64,000 nucleotides of DNA from an uncultured candidate division Zixibacteria bacterium (GCA_963668625.2 CAXXKA010000008.1:1280001-1344000), one strand, 5' to 3'; positions 50,126 to 60,792 are shown, counted from the stretch's first letter. Notes: generated by a model not told the origin, from the letters alone. Translations and numbers: made by a program.

Positions 50126-50803
50126 ATGGAGGTCATGAATTATTTAAAAGCCAGTACGTTATTTACCGGTTTGGATGATGTCGAAATGCAAGCGCTGGCG
50201 AATGTAATGTCCATTCGGAGGTTAACTAAGGGGAAAATAGTTTTTCTGGATGGCGACGAGGCTAAAGGATTCTACGTGTTGTTCGAGGGGAAAATCCGGA
50301 TTTACAAATCGAATCCGGAAGGAAAAGAATACACAATTCATTTAATAAAGCCCAATCAATTCTTCGCCGAGGTTGGGATATTTAAAGGCGGAAATTATCC
50401 AGCCGATTGTATGGCTATAGAGAACTCGGTGGCCGGTTTCTTCCCCAAGGATGGCTTTTTGAAAGTCATCGAAAACCATCCCCGTATTTCCTTGAAAATC
50501 ATTTCCTCACTTTCGGCCTTTCTTCGAGAGTACAACATCATGGTTGAGGAGTTGGCCTTAAAAGAGGTTTCAGCCAGACTTGCACGATATATACTGGAAA
50601 AAACAAACGGCCGATCCGTGAAAACTTTTATTATCGATATCACCAAAACCGAGTTAGCCAAAGATCTGGGCACGATCAGCGAGACATTATCACGCAATTT
50701 CAAGAAATTAAAAGACAGGGGCATAATCAGCGTGAATAATCAGGAGATCACCGTACACGATTTCGATAAGCTCGAATTAGTGGCATCCGGCGAAAAAATC
50801 TGA
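50126..50803 (+). CDS. Crp/Fnr family regulator (HcpR/DNR-like)
   Basis: cNMP domain G.I.IYK..EGKE, FAE; HTH ELA.DLGT.SETLSR; no FNR Cys cluster. Confidence 0.92.
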   Translation: MEVMNYLKASTLFTGLDDVEMQALANVMSIRRLTKGKIVFLDGDEAKGFYVLFEGKIRIYKSNPEGKEYTIHLIKPNQFFAEVGIFKGGNYPADCMAIENSVAGFFPKDGFLKVIENHPRISLKIISSLSAFLREYNIMVEELALKEVSARLARYILEKTNGRSVKTFIIDITKTELAKDLGTISETLSRNFKKLKDRGIISVNNQEITVHDFDKLELVASGEKI

Positions 50804-50809
50804 TCTTTT

Positions 50810-50823
50810 TTGATTTAAATCAA
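50810..50823. promoter_or_regulatory. Perfect FNR-type box upstream of the cupin operon
   Basis: TTGAT-TTAA-ATCAA, with a TATGAT -10 at 50843. Confidence 0.8.
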
Positions 50824-50953
50824 AAGCAATGACAATCTTTTTTATGATATTCTTTAGATCATTGGATGTTGCTAATATTGCATTGAAAGGAGATGGCATT
50901 GAGCGGAATACGACACGTATATTTAAAATTAATTACTCGATCAAGGGATATAC

Positions 50954-51301
50954 ATGGATAAGAAAAATAGTGCGGAATTAGAACCGGGTAGATCATATAG
51001 TATGGCCGGATTGCTTGATTACTCCGAGGGAGCGGTCGTAAGCAGGACTATCAAGAAAGGCAAATCCGGTACGATGACGCTGTTCGCATTCGATTCGGGG
51101 CAGGAGCTTAGCGAACACTCGGCGCCATATGACGCTTATGTTCAAGTATTGGATGGCGAGGTCAGGCTTACTATAGGTGGTGAGGACATTCTCGCTAAGA
51201 AGGGCGAGATCGTTCTGATGCCTTCTGACATACCTCACGCTGTATATGCCGAGAAACGTTTCAAGATGCTTCTTACGATGATAAAAGAGCCGCAAGAGTG
51301 A
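50954..51301 (+). CDS. Cupin domain protein
   Basis: VVSRT, TLFAFD.GQELSEHSAP.DA, MP..IPHA. Confidence 0.9.
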   Translation: MDKKNSAELEPGRSYSMAGLLDYSEGAVVSRTIKKGKSGTMTLFAFDSGQELSEHSAPYDAYVQVLDGEVRLTIGGEDILAKKGEIVLMPSDIPHAVYAEKRFKMLLTMIKEPQE

Positions 51302-51302
51302 A

Positions 51303-52610
51303 ATGATTGTTTTGAGATTCATACCAGTCTCGTTATCTGTACTTTTAATAGCGGCTCATTACTTTCGTAATGGTGATATGGGTATGGTAGTTTTCTGGCT
51401 CATATCGCCGTACATACTTTTGTATCGCCATCGATGGAGTCTGAGGGTCTTTCAATTGATATTACTCTTAGCTGCCGGAGTTTGGCTTACGACTATTTAC
51501 TCTGTTGCCCAGCTAAGGATAGAGATGGGTGAACCATATACGCGCATGGCGGTGATCCTGGGGGCGGTTGCCGCCATTGCGATATTATCAGCAATTGTTC
51601 TTAACACTAAAAAAATGATAGCTAAGCTGGCTATCAATGATGAATATACCGGCGAAAGTCTTTCAACATTCATTATTACATTCGCTATTCTGTCAATAGT
51701 GCAGCTAAAAGCAAGTTTCCCGATAATTCTGGCTGAGAGATTCATGTATGGTCTCGGCTGGCTGGAGATACTTCTTCTATCATTTTACGCCGGGTGGCTA
51801 ACCGGTAAGATGATGGATATCAGGTATACCGTGATATGGCGAAAACGAATCTGGTTGATATTTTCAATCGTTTTTTTCGCGCAGTTTATCGTAGGACTAA
51901 CGGGAGCAGAGGAATTCCTCATGACCGGTAATATTCATATACCCGTGCCGGCCGTTATACTGGCAGGTCCGATATACAGAGGCGGAGGATTCTTCATGCC
52001 GATCCTGCTCCTGAGCACACTGCTTATAGTAGGGCCATCATGGTGCAGCTATTTATGTTACATCGGCTCATGGGATCATCGCAGCTCACTGGCTAAACGT
52101 ATACCGGGCACACTACCGAACTGGCACAAGTTCGCTAGAATCGCGATTCTGGTTGTTACGCCAATCGTATCTATTATTCTCAGGATGTTAGGTGTATCGG
52201 TGTCGGCAGCAGCCACTATTGCCATAATTTTCGGCGCGGTCGGTGTGCTGGTGATGATGCTCTGGTCACGTAAATCGGGTGCTATGGCGCATTGTATCAC
52301 CTGGTGTCCTATAGGGTTGCTGGTAAACTGGCTGGGCAAGCTATCACCATTCAGGATACGCATAAATGAAACCTGCAATGAATGCGGCGCCTGTAACTTA
52401 GCATGCCGTTACCTTGCGCTAACGATAACCGATATACAAAACCGCAGGCCGGGACTAACCTGTACTTTATGCGGCGACTGTTTAAAAAGCTGCCGGGAGA
52501 ACTCTCTCGAATACAGGTTCATCGGACTAAAATCCGAGAGAGCGAGGTCGCTGTTTTTGATTCTGATTGTATCAATACATGCGATTTTCATGGGGTTGGC
52601 GAGGATATAG
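51303..52610 (+). CDS. Membrane 4Fe-4S binding protein
   Basis: Multiple TMs; WCSYLCYIG, HC..WCP.G, CNECGAC..AC, CTLCGDC..SC. Confidence 0.88.
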   Translation: MIVLRFIPVSLSVLLIAAHYFRNGDMGMVVFWLISPYILLYRHRWSLRVFQLILLLAAGVWLTTIYSVAQLRIEMGEPYTRMAVILGAVAAIAILSAIVLNTKKMIAKLAINDEYTGESLSTFIITFAILSIVQLKASFPIILAERFMYGLGWLEILLLSFYAGWLTGKMMDIRYTVIWRKRIWLIFSIVFFAQFIVGLTGAEEFLMTGNIHIPVPAVILAGPIYRGGGFFMPILLLSTLLIVGPSWCSYLCYIGSWDHRSSLAKRIPGTLPNWHKFARIAILVVTPIVSIILRMLGVSVSAAATIAIIFGAVGVLVMMLWSRKSGAMAHCITWCPIGLLVNWLGKLSPFRIRINETCNECGACNLACRYLALTITDIQNRRPGLTCTLCGDCLKSCRENSLEYRFIGLKSERARSLFLILIVSIHAIFMGLARI

Positions 52611-52848
52611 AATTTTATCATCCCTATTTGCTATAATCTCATATATATTCGTAATGTTTAATTTTTAGATTTTCTGCTTGTAATTTGGTCGCCGGTTGGT
52701 ATAAATATATATGTCACTTGGGGTAGTAATTTGATTAATTTGATTTTGTTAGCTGATATAAATTTCACCGAGAGGATTCCAGTTTGGCAACCCGCGAGCA
52801 AATCACTAATTTTCAAATATATGTTTAATAAATGATAAGAGGAGAGCG

Positions 52849-53547
52849 ATGCAAAACCTGCAGTCTTTACTATGGTCATCGGTGGGCAAAAAGATAATCA
52901 ATGCTCTTACAGGCCTGGCATTGGTCGTTTTTGTCATCGTACATTTAATCGGCAATCTCAAGCTTCTATACGGCGATCCCGGGCCTTTCAATCATTACGC
53001 GCATTTCTACGAGGAACTCGGCGTTGTGCTTTACATCGTTGAGCTTGGTTTGCTGGCCATGTTCGTTTTTCACATCATCATGGCGGTGGCTGTCTGGTGG
53101 GATAAGCAAAAAGCGCGTCCCGATAAATATCAGAAAAGCGCTGATGCCGGTTCACCCAGCAAGAAAACCTGGTCCTCGAAAAATATGATTATCACGGGAC
53201 TGGTGCTGTTTATTTTTACCGTACTACATCTGAAACATTTCAAGTACGGCCCCGGAGCCGAGGCCGGCTATATCTACAACTACGAGGGCAACCAGATACG
53301 AGACTTATACCGCCTGGTAATCGAGCAGTTCAGTAATATCTACATAACAGGCGCATACACGATCGCTATGATACTTCTGGGTTTTCACCTTCGCCACGGT
53401 TTCTGGAGCGCCTTTCAATCGCTGGGCGTTCAGCACCCCCGTCTGGTACCGGTTATTTACGCTCTGGGTATTGTGATAGCAATCGTACTGGCGGCAGGAT
53501 TCGTATTCCTGCCTATCTACATATACTGCGCGGGAGGTGCGGCATGA
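52849..53547 (+). CDS. sdhC: Succinate dehydrogenase/fumarate reductase cytochrome b subunit
   Basis: SSVGKK..ALTG, heme His motifs HL.GN, H, HL.HF, HL.HG. Confidence 0.93.
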   Translation: MQNLQSLLWSSVGKKIINALTGLALVVFVIVHLIGNLKLLYGDPGPFNHYAHFYEELGVVLYIVELGLLAMFVFHIIMAVAVWWDKQKARPDKYQKSADAGSPSKKTWSSKNMIITGLVLFIFTVLHLKHFKYGPGAEAGYIYNYEGNQIRDLYRLVIEQFSNIYITGAYTIAMILLGFHLRHGFWSAFQSLGVQHPRLVPVIYALGIVIAIVLAAGFVFLPIYIYCAGGAA

Positions 53548-55457
53548 AACTGGATGCTAAAATTCCATCAGGCCCGCTTGAGAACAAGTGGTCATTATAC
53601 AAAGATAGCGTTAAGCTGGTAAGCCCCGCCAACAAGCGCAAGTTTACTGTCATCGTAGTAGGCACCGGACTTGCCGGAGCCTCAGCAGCAGCCTCTTTAG
53701 GTGAATTAGGTTATAACGTAATCAACATGTGCATACAGGATTCTCCCCGCCGGGCGCACAGTATCGCCGCGCAGGGAGGTATCAACGCCGCCAAGAACTA
53801 CCAGAACGATGGCGACAATGTCTGGCGACTGTTTTACGATACGATCAAAGGCGGTGATTTCCGCTCGCGTGAGGGCAATGTTTACCGTCTGGCTGAGTTG
53901 AGTAACGCCATTATCGACCAGTGCGTCGCCCAGGGTGTGCCGTTCGCTCGCGAATACGGCGGTACGCTGGCCAACAGGTCATTCGGTGGGGCGCAGGTTT
54001 CGCGTACGTTTTACGCGCGCGGCCAGACCGGACAGCAGCTTTTACTGGGGGCGTACAGCGCGTTGATGCGTCAGGTGAAGGCCGGTACGGTCAAGATGTT
54101 CCCTCGTCACGAAATGCTCGAGCTGGTGGTCATCGATGGTAAAGCTCGTGGCATAGTAGCTCGCAATTTGATAAACGGCGAGATCGTATCATTCGCCGGT
54201 GATGCTATTCTGCTTTCGACCGGCGGCTATTCCACCGTATACTATCTTTCAACCAACGCGGTTAATTCCAACGCCACGGCTGTTTGGAGATGTCATAAGA
54301 AAGGCGCGTTGTTCGCCGATCCCTCGTTTACCCAGATTCACCCGACATGTATACCGCAGGAGGGCGAGCATCAATCGAAACTTACCCTGATGAGCGAGAG
54401 CTTGCGTAATGATGGCCGCGTTTGGGTACCTAAGAAGAAGGGTGATAAACGTCGACCGACAGAGATACCCGAAAACGAGCGCGACTACTACCTCGAACGT
54501 CGCTACCCGGCGTTCGGTAACCTGGTACCGCGTGATATCGCCTCCCGCGGCGCTAAGATGATGTGCGATGACGGCTATGGTGTCGGCTCGACCGGGTTCG
54601 CTGTCTATCTCGATTTCGAGGATGCTATCAAACGTTTGGGCAAGAATGTTATTACCGAGCGTTACGGCAATCTGTTCGATATGTACGAGAACTTAACCGG
54701 TGAAAATCCTTACGAGAGCCCCATGATGATTTACCCGGCGCCGCACTATACCATGGGCGGCCTGTGGGTAGACTACAACCTGATGAGCACCATCCCCGGC
54801 CTGCACGTGCTGGGCGAGGCCAACTTCTCCGACCACGGCGCGAACCGCTTGGGAGCGAGCGCGCTTATGCAGGGCTTGGCCGACGGTTATTTCGTGATAC
54901 CCAATACGCTGGGTGAATACCTGGCAGGTGTGAAACTCGAGAAGGTAGACACCAACCATGAGGCGTTCAAAGCCGCTAAAGATGATATCCGGAAGATGAC
55001 CGACAAACTGCTGTCGATTAACGGCGAAAAAACTGTCGGCGATATACATCGCGAGCTTGGCGCTTTGATGCGCGATAAGGTCGGTATGTCTCGCGAGGCT
55101 CCGGGTCTGAAAGAGACTATCGAGAAGATACCGAAACTGAAAGAGGAGTTCTGGAATAATATCAGGGTAACCGGTAAGAACGAGGAACTGAACAAGAACC
55201 TCGAGATGGCCGGACGAGTGGCCGATTATCTGGAGCTGGCCGAGCTTATGGCTCGCGATGCCTTGAACCGCGAGGAGTCCTGCGGCGGTCATTTCCGCGA
55301 GGAGTACAAGACCGAGGAAGGCGAGGCTTTGCGTGATGACAAGAATTTCACCTACGTAGCCGCCTGGGAGTACAAAGGCGAGGGCAAACCACACGAGCTT
55401 CACAAGGAAGAGCTGACTTTCGAGCGCGTGACACCATCACAGCGTTCTTATAAATAG
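53544..55457 (+). CDS. sdhA: Succinate dehydrogenase/fumarate reductase flavoprotein
   Basis: [38 protein letters not shown]. Confidence 0.97.
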   Translation: MKLDAKIPSGPLENKWSLYKDSVKLVSPANKRKFTVIVVGTGLAGASAAASLGELGYNVINMCIQDSPRRAHSIAAQGGINAAKNYQNDGDNVWRLFYDTIKGGDFRSREGNVYRLAELSNAIIDQCVAQGVPFAREYGGTLANRSFGGAQVSRTFYARGQTGQQLLLGAYSALMRQVKAGTVKMFPRHEMLELVVIDGKARGIVARNLINGEIVSFAGDAILLSTGGYSTVYYLSTNAVNSNATAVWRCHKKGALFADPSFTQIHPTCIPQEGEHQSKLTLMSESLRNDGRVWVPKKKGDKRRPTEIPENERDYYLERRYPAFGNLVPRDIASRGAKMMCDDGYGVGSTGFAVYLDFEDAIKRLGKNVITERYGNLFDMYENLTGENPYESPMMIYPAPHYTMGGLWVDYNLMSTIPGLHVLGEANFSDHGANRLGASALMQGLADGYFVIPNTLGEYLAGVKLEKVDTNHEAFKAAKDDIRKMTDKLLSINGEKTVGDIHRELGALMRDKVGMSREAPGLKETIEKIPKLKEEFWNNIRVTGKNEELNKNLEMAGRVADYLELAELMARDALNREESCGGHFREEYKTEEGEALRDDKNFTYVAAWEYKGEGKPHELHKEELTFERVTPSQRSYK

Positions 55458-55468
55458 GAGAATCATTC

Positions 55469-56221
55469 ATGAGCGATAAATTAAGTCTCAAACTCAGGAT
55501 CTGGCGTCAGGAGGGACCCGATAAGCCGGGCAAGCTGGTGGACTACGACGTGTCCGATGTCTCGCCCGATAGCTCGTTTTTGGAGATGCTCGACCTTCTG
55601 AACGAGAACCTCGTGCGCAAGGGCGAGCGTCCGATCGAGTTCGATAGCGATTGCCGAGAGGGTATATGCGGCACCTGCAGCCTGGTGATAAACGGCGTGG
55701 CTCACGGCCCAAAGCAGTCGATCTGTACCTGTCAGGTTCATATGCGCAATTACAAGGATGGCGAGACTATTACGGTAGAGCCGTTCCGCGCTAAACCGTT
55801 CCCGATAATCCGCGACCTGGTGGTCGATAGAAGCGCGTTTGATAGAATCCAGCAGGCGGGTGGTTATGTATCGGTGCGCACCGGCTCGGCCGGCGAGGCT
55901 AACGAGACGCCGATTCCCAAACCCGATGCCGAGAAAGCTATGGATGCCGCCGCCTGTATCGGTTGCGGCGCCTGTGTTGCCGCCTGCCCGAATGCCTCGG
56001 CCTCCTTGTTCGTGTCGGCGAAGATCAGCCAGTACGCTTTCCTGCCGCAGGGCAGGGTAGAGGCCAAGGAGCGTGCCTTAGCTATGGTAGCGCAGATGGA
56101 TGCCGAGGGATTCGGCGACTGCTCCAATCACGGCGAGTGTGAGGCGGTCTGTCCGAAGAACATCCCGATTACCATGATAGCCAAGATGCGCTGGGAGTAC
56201 ATGAAAGCGATGGTGAGCTGA
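55469..56221 (+). CDS. sdhB: Succinate dehydrogenase/fumarate reductase Fe-S subunit
   Basis: [22 protein letters not shown]...GEC..VCP. Confidence 0.96.
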   Translation: MSDKLSLKLRIWRQEGPDKPGKLVDYDVSDVSPDSSFLEMLDLLNENLVRKGERPIEFDSDCREGICGTCSLVINGVAHGPKQSICTCQVHMRNYKDGETITVEPFRAKPFPIIRDLVVDRSAFDRIQQAGGYVSVRTGSAGEANETPIPKPDAEKAMDAAACIGCGACVAACPNASASLFVSAKISQYAFLPQGRVEAKERALAMVAQMDAEGFGDCSNHGECEAVCPKNIPITMIAKMRWEYMKAMVS

Positions 56222-56251
56222 GGGGAATTACATACTAATTTGATTTCTGTT

Positions 56252-56280
56252 GTAAGGGCGTATTGCATACGCCCTTTTTT
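56252..56280 (+). repeat. REP hairpin / sdh terminator
   Basis: GTAAGGGCGTATTGCATACGCCCTTTTTT. Confidence 0.75.
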
Positions 56281-56394
56281 CTATTTAAACGAAGCTGTAT
56301 TAGATAATCTAATTAATAGAATTATAATGTTTTTCTTTTTCTAAATTGTAATATATTAAGATATTGTTGAACTCATGAATGCTTATTAGTAACG

Positions 56395-57006
56395 GTGACT
56401 ATAAGAAAGGAAGATAGCTTGGACACAATTATTTATGCCCCGTTCTTAAATTACTTGAAGATAGCAGGAGAGTCTTATGAGAAAATAACTGAGAGTTTGA
56501 ATAAAAATGATGGTCATTTTGTGGAGTCTCAGGAATTTCATAAGTCTATTGATAGTTTTTCGACTATTGTTGTAGTATTTACTGTTATCTCTTTAGAATC
56601 ATATATTTATAACTATGCTACGAGGAAACTTGGTAATTCATTTAGCAAAAAGCATCTTGAAAGCTTAAATCTTTATAGTAAATGGGTAATAATACCAAAT
56701 TTAGTTAATGGTAATAGTATTCCAAAAGATCATAAGGGTTTAGTGTTATTAAAAAAATTAATAAAAATAAGAAATGCTGTTATACACTTAAAAGCAAAAA
56801 ATATTGAAATTGATCATTTTGACCAGCAAATTGGTATAATAAGAGAGTCAAATTTAGATTTAAAGGAAACAGCATTAAATTCTTTTCATTGTGTTGGCCA
56901 ACTTAGAAAAGCATTACATGAAATTGATAAAGATGAACATTTTGCTTTACTGTTAAGCAAATTTCTAGAATATCCGCTATATAAAATCTCTAAGATAAGA
57001 AATTAG
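56395..57006 (+). CDS. AT-rich hypothetical protein with HEPN-like RxxxxH motif
   Basis: Helical; LE.YI.N.A, KW..IP, KIRNAVIH; start uncertain. Confidence 0.7.
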   Translation: MTIRKEDSLDTIIYAPFLNYLKIAGESYEKITESLNKNDGHFVESQEFHKSIDSFSTIVVVFTVISLESYIYNYATRKLGNSFSKKHLESLNLYSKWVIIPNLVNGNSIPKDHKGLVLLKKLIKIRNAVIHLKAKNIEIDHFDQQIGIIRESNLDLKETALNSFHCVGQLRKALHEIDKDEHFALLLSKFLEYPLYKISKIRN

Positions 57007-57138
57007 GCTGTGTTTTTGAAAATCTATCAAATTAGTTTTAAATAGTATTGTTTACAGAGAACTACTTATCTGATAGTTGATTGAATTGGGCAAAAAAACA
57101 TACTACAATAAGAAAAATTTGGTATAATTGCATTGAAT

Positions 57139-57168
57139 AAAAAAGGGTGTATGTCGATACGCCACTAC
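57139..57168 (-). repeat. REP hairpin / esterase terminator
   Basis: Minus strand reads GTAGTGGCGTATCGACATACACCCTTTTTT. Confidence 0.7.
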
Positions 57169-57198
57169 AAGCGTAAGATTGATTTAGTTCTCACCATT

Positions 57199-58131
57199 CT
57201 ATTTGTTCTTGGCATACTCAGCTATAAACCCACATATCTCCGCCATCGCTGCGGTTGCCTCCGGGAACATGGGGGCGCAGACAGGGTAGCAGTGGAACAT
57301 GCCCTCGCCGATGCGCAGGGTAATATCCACACCAGCCGCGCGAGCTTTATCCGCGAAACGCACTGAGTCATCAAGAAGTACCTCGTGGCCGCCTACGTAA
57401 ATCAGTATCGGGGGGAGGCCGGTCAGGTCGCCGTAGAGAGGGGAGATCGTCGGCAGCTCCGGATTGCTGTCGGCTACGTAATACTTCGCGAAAACATGCC
57501 ATGATTCTGTCCAGGTTAAGGCATCCACCTCTTGCAACGATGTAAGAGTATCACCGGTACATTTCAGATCTGTCCACGGCGAAAGCACCGCCGCCGCGGC
57601 AGGTATCGGCAGGTCGTTCTCACGAGCGGCCAGAAGTGTAGCCAGACAGAGGCCGCCACCGGCGGAATCGCCGACGAACACGATATTGGCTGGTTCGATG
57701 CCCTGATCGAGCAGATAGCGGTATGCTGTCAGCGCATCCTCCAACGCAGCCGGGTATGGATGCTCGGGGGCGAGGCGATAGTCGAACGACATGGCCGGGA
57801 CATTGCTGCCCTTGACGAATTTGGCTATGTGCGTGCGATGTCCCTCCGCCGAGCCGAGAACATAGCCGCCGCCGTGGAAGTACAGTATCGCTTTATCTTT
57901 TGCTGCATTCGACGGCATCACCCACTCGGCGTACATATCACCGATGTGAAACGCGCTATGCTCGATTTCCTTCGGTAACTTGCCGAACAGTTTGCCAGCC
58001 TTCTTTGTTTTATCGCGAAGTTCCGGTATGGAAGTATCGAAAGTGATCTCCGGTTTTCGCTGCCATTGAAACTTGAACAGGTTTCTGTATCTGAGCAGGA
58101 ATATGAACAGTTTGCTTTTAAGGCTTGTCAT
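57199..58131 (-). CDS. Alpha/beta hydrolase (HSL-family esterase)
   Basis: HGGGY, DYRLAPEHP, GDSAGG, E.L.DD, H. Confidence 0.93.
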   Translation of the reverse strand: MTSLKSKLFIFLLRYRNLFKFQWQRKPEITFDTSIPELRDKTKKAGKLFGKLPKEIEHSAFHIGDMYAEWVMPSNAAKDKAILYFHGGGYVLGSAEGHRTHIAKFVKGSNVPAMSFDYRLAPEHPYPAALEDALTAYRYLLDQGIEPANIVFVGDSAGGGLCLATLLAARENDLPIPAAAAVLSPWTDLKCTGDTLTSLQEVDALTWTESWHVFAKYYVADSNPELPTISPLYGDLTGLPPILIYVGGHEVLLDDSVRFADKARAAGVDITLRIGEGMFHCYPVCAPMFPEATAAMAEICGFIAEYAKNK

Positions 58132-58172
58132 TTTATAATCTCCTGTAACACTAATAACGTTTTGTTTTGCCT

Positions 58173-58781
58173 TTAACTAACCTCGAAAAATATACCCGAT
58201 AATATCTTCGGATCGGGCATTTTGAATTTATTGCCTCGAGATGTCTTATGAATGGCGAGCCCCTTTATGGCTGTCCAGAACACCAGCGCCATATCTTTGG
58301 CGTTGCCTTTCTTGATCGTACCGTCTTTTTGGCCCTTGCGAATTATCCGGGCAATTATCTCGTAGGGGATATCGCTTTTCTCGGCCAGTATTACCCTGGC
58401 TTTGGCCGGCGGTGAGGTCATTAAATTGGCCTGAGCGATAAGCAAATGATACTGAGCCGAGCTTTCGTTTTCAGCCATATTTTTATAAATTCCGTTTATG
58501 GCCATTTCGATTTTCTCCCTAGGCGTAATCGTCATATTCTCCAGTATACGGCAAGCCTCGATCAGCCTATCGAACGCGAAATCTATCAACGCCACGAAAA
58601 TCTCATTTTTGGATTCGTAATAATGATAAACCAATCCCTGCGATATCCCGGCCTCGGCCGATATATCGGTAATCTTCGTAGCCGCCAGGCCATCGGAGGA
58701 GAATAATTTCAATGCAGCGGACAATATCTGTTCCCGACGCTCATCTTTGGTTTTCTCGTTTATTTCTCTATTTCTGCCCAA
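58173..58781 (-). CDS. TetR/AcrR family regulator
   Basis: IL.AAL.LF..G..AT.I.DI...AGISQGL.YHYY.SK. Confidence 0.93.
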   Translation of the reverse strand: MGRNREINEKTKDERREQILSAALKLFSSDGLAATKITDISAEAGISQGLVYHYYESKNEIFVALIDFAFDRLIEACRILENMTITPREKIEMAINGIYKNMAENESSAQYHLLIAQANLMTSPPAKARVILAEKSDIPYEIIARIIRKGQKDGTIKKGNAKDMALVFWTAIKGLAIHKTSRGNKFKMPDPKILSGIFFEVS

Positions 58782-58801
58782 AAGTAACCCTTCTTAATTG
58801 G

Positions 58802-58817
58802 TTGAATGTTCATTCAA
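58802..58817. promoter_or_regulatory. Probable TetR operator
   Basis: Perfect palindrome TTGAATG-TT-CATTCAA between the minus-strand TTGGAA/TATTAT promoter and the tetR start. Confidence 0.7.
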
Positions 58818-59050
58818 TCATAATATATATGTCTATTTCGGAATTCCAAGGAGAAAGTTTCGTTTATTTTTAATATGATAGCATTGGTATACTCCGTTGG
58901 GCAGGCGGGCGATGCCTTATATATGTTCCACAGGACGGAAGCTTTGCGATATCCTGATGCATGTGGGAAATCTAAATAGAGCATATAAAATACATGCATT
59001 GCCAAGCAGTGTCCGGTAACGAGATGGATTCTGACATATGTGGAATAAAG

Positions 59051-59076
59051 AAAAAGGGCGTATTGAAATACGCCCT
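59051..59076 (-). repeat. REP hairpin / terminator of tdh
   Basis: AGGGCGTATT-GA-AATACGCCCT, with a T run on the minus strand. Confidence 0.7.
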
Positions 59077-59124
59077 GGCAAATCACGCTGGACAAGAATG
59101 CCCAGGCTCTTAAAAATACATATA

Positions 59125-60105
59125 TTATCTATACAAAGTACCGTTAGCCTTACGCTCTTTAAGATGTTTTAACATGTCCTCGGTCATAGCCTCTAAGTCG
59201 TATTTGGGTTTCCAGCCCCATTCCTCGCGGGCGGCGGTGTCATCGATAGAATTCGGCCAGGAATCGGCTATCTCCTGACGGTAATCGGGCTCGTATTTGA
59301 CTTTGAAATCGGGGATATGTTTCTTGATCGAATCAGCTAACTCGGTTACGTTGAAGCTCATGGCGGCGTGGTTGAAATCGGAGTGATGAATCAGTTTGTC
59401 GAAATCAGCCTCGGCCAATTGGATCGTGCCCTCGATGGCATCCGGCATGTACATCATAGGCAGTTTGGTGTCCTCTTTCACGAAACATGTATATTCGCTT
59501 TTGTCCACGGCCTCATAATAGATCGCCACGGCATAGTCGGTGGTGCCGCCGCCGGGCAGGGTCTCGTAAGAGATGATACCGGGATATCGCAAGCCGCGAA
59601 TATCCAGGCCGAAACGTTTGACATAATAATCGCACAAAAGCTCTCCGCAAACTTTGGTAACGCCATACATGGTGCCGGGTTTCAAGACTGTCTCCTGCGG
59701 TGTATTATCGAGCGGAACACCTTTGCCCCAAACAGCAATCGAACTCGGGATGATGATTCTGGCCATTTCATATTTTAAGCCGAGTTCCAAAAGATTAATA
59801 GTGCCATTCATGTTGACATCCCAGCAGAGCTGCGGGTTTTTCTCGCCGACAGCCGAAAGGATGGCGGCCATGTGATAAACCGTATCGATATCGTGCTTTT
59901 TAACTATCTCCTCGACAGTTTCGATTTTATTAACATCCACGAAATAGAACGGACCGGAATTTTTCAGTTCCTCGGAGGGCTGGGTTTTTCGTCCTGTGGC
60001 AACGACGTTCTCGGCACCATAACGCTTGCGAAGCTCCATGGTTAACTCGGAACCGATCTGTCCGACTGCGCCGGTGACCAGTATCTTTTTCATCTCTTTT
60101 TTCAT
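59125..60105 (-). CDS. L-threonine 3-dehydrogenase (SDR/epimerase type)
   Basis: GAVGQIG, LSAVGE, PSSIA, YGVTK, PGGGTTDYA, RQ.IADSWP. Confidence 0.9.
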   Translation of the reverse strand: MKKEMKKILVTGAVGQIGSELTMELRKRYGAENVVATGRKTQPSEELKNSGPFYFVDVNKIETVEEIVKKHDIDTVYHMAAILSAVGEKNPQLCWDVNMNGTINLLELGLKYEMARIIIPSSIAVWGKGVPLDNTPQETVLKPGTMYGVTKVCGELLCDYYVKRFGLDIRGLRYPGIISYETLPGGGTTDYAVAIYYEAVDKSEYTCFVKEDTKLPMMYMPDAIEGTIQLAEADFDKLIHHSDFNHAAMSFNVTELADSIKKHIPDFKVKYEPDYRQEIADSWPNSIDDTAAREEWGWKPKYDLEAMTEDMLKHLKERKANGTLYR

Positions 60106-60241
60106 TACTTTCACATCCTATTTTTTGAGGCGGGCGTATGAAGGTCACAAATACTGCCCACGATTTATCGGGAAACGTCTATTTTAAGTTGGGATAATTT
60201 AATAAATCATATCGAAATTTGCAAGGATTGCGAGCAGACAA

Positions 60242-60272
60242 AACGCCGGAGCTAATAATTAACTCCGGCGTT
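60242..60272 (-). terminator. Hairpin terminator after cheW
   Basis: AACGCCGGAG...CTCCGGCGTT. Confidence 0.65.
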
Positions 60273-60296
60273 CGCTATCAGAAGAGAGAATACTCT

Positions 60297-60791
60297 TTAA
60301 TGGGATAAATCCGGTAATTTGCTGGAACCAACTATCTTGCCCACATCAAGATAAACCAGCAGCCTCTCATCCAGTTTTACGATAGCTTTGATAAAATCAG
60401 AGTTGGCCGTGCCTCCGCCGTGGTTTGATATTAGATCAGGAGCATCCTCCAGCGATCCGGCAGGTACCCTGAGAACCTCTGCGACACTATCGACAACCAG
60501 TCCCACGGTCTCGTCGCCGGTTTCCACCACTACTATACGCGAGTGATTATCGTACTCTTTCTCTTCCATGCCGAATTTAGTTCTGAGATCGATTATAGGG
60601 ATGACTTTGCCACGAAGGTTTATGATACCTTTGACAAATCTGTCGGTTTGCGGCACCTGAGTGATTTCCACCATCCGGTTTATCTCCTGAACCTGCAATA
60701 TGTTTACCCCGAATTCCTCGGCGCCGAGACTGAATGTTACCATTTGTTCGAGACCGTCCGAGTCTTTCCTGATGATCTGATCATCCGACAT
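60297..60791 (-). CDS. cheW: Chemotaxis protein CheW
   Basis: F.L..EEFG..I..VQEI, GIINLRG.VIP.IDLR, GL.VD.V. Confidence 0.95.
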   Translation of the reverse strand: MSDDQIIRKDSDGLEQMVTFSLGAEEFGVNILQVQEINRMVEITQVPQTDRFVKGIINLRGKVIPIIDLRTKFGMEEKEYDNHSRIVVVETGDETVGLVVDSVAEVLRVPAGSLEDAPDLISNHGGGTANSDFIKAIVKLDERLLVYLDVGKIVGSSKLPDLSH

Positions 60792-60792
60792 A

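Noticed and set aside
54693-55403. Long antisense ORFs (also 32336..33157, 18721..19359, 16427..16906, 63193..63555)
   Set aside because: They are shadows of well-supported genes on the opposite strand.
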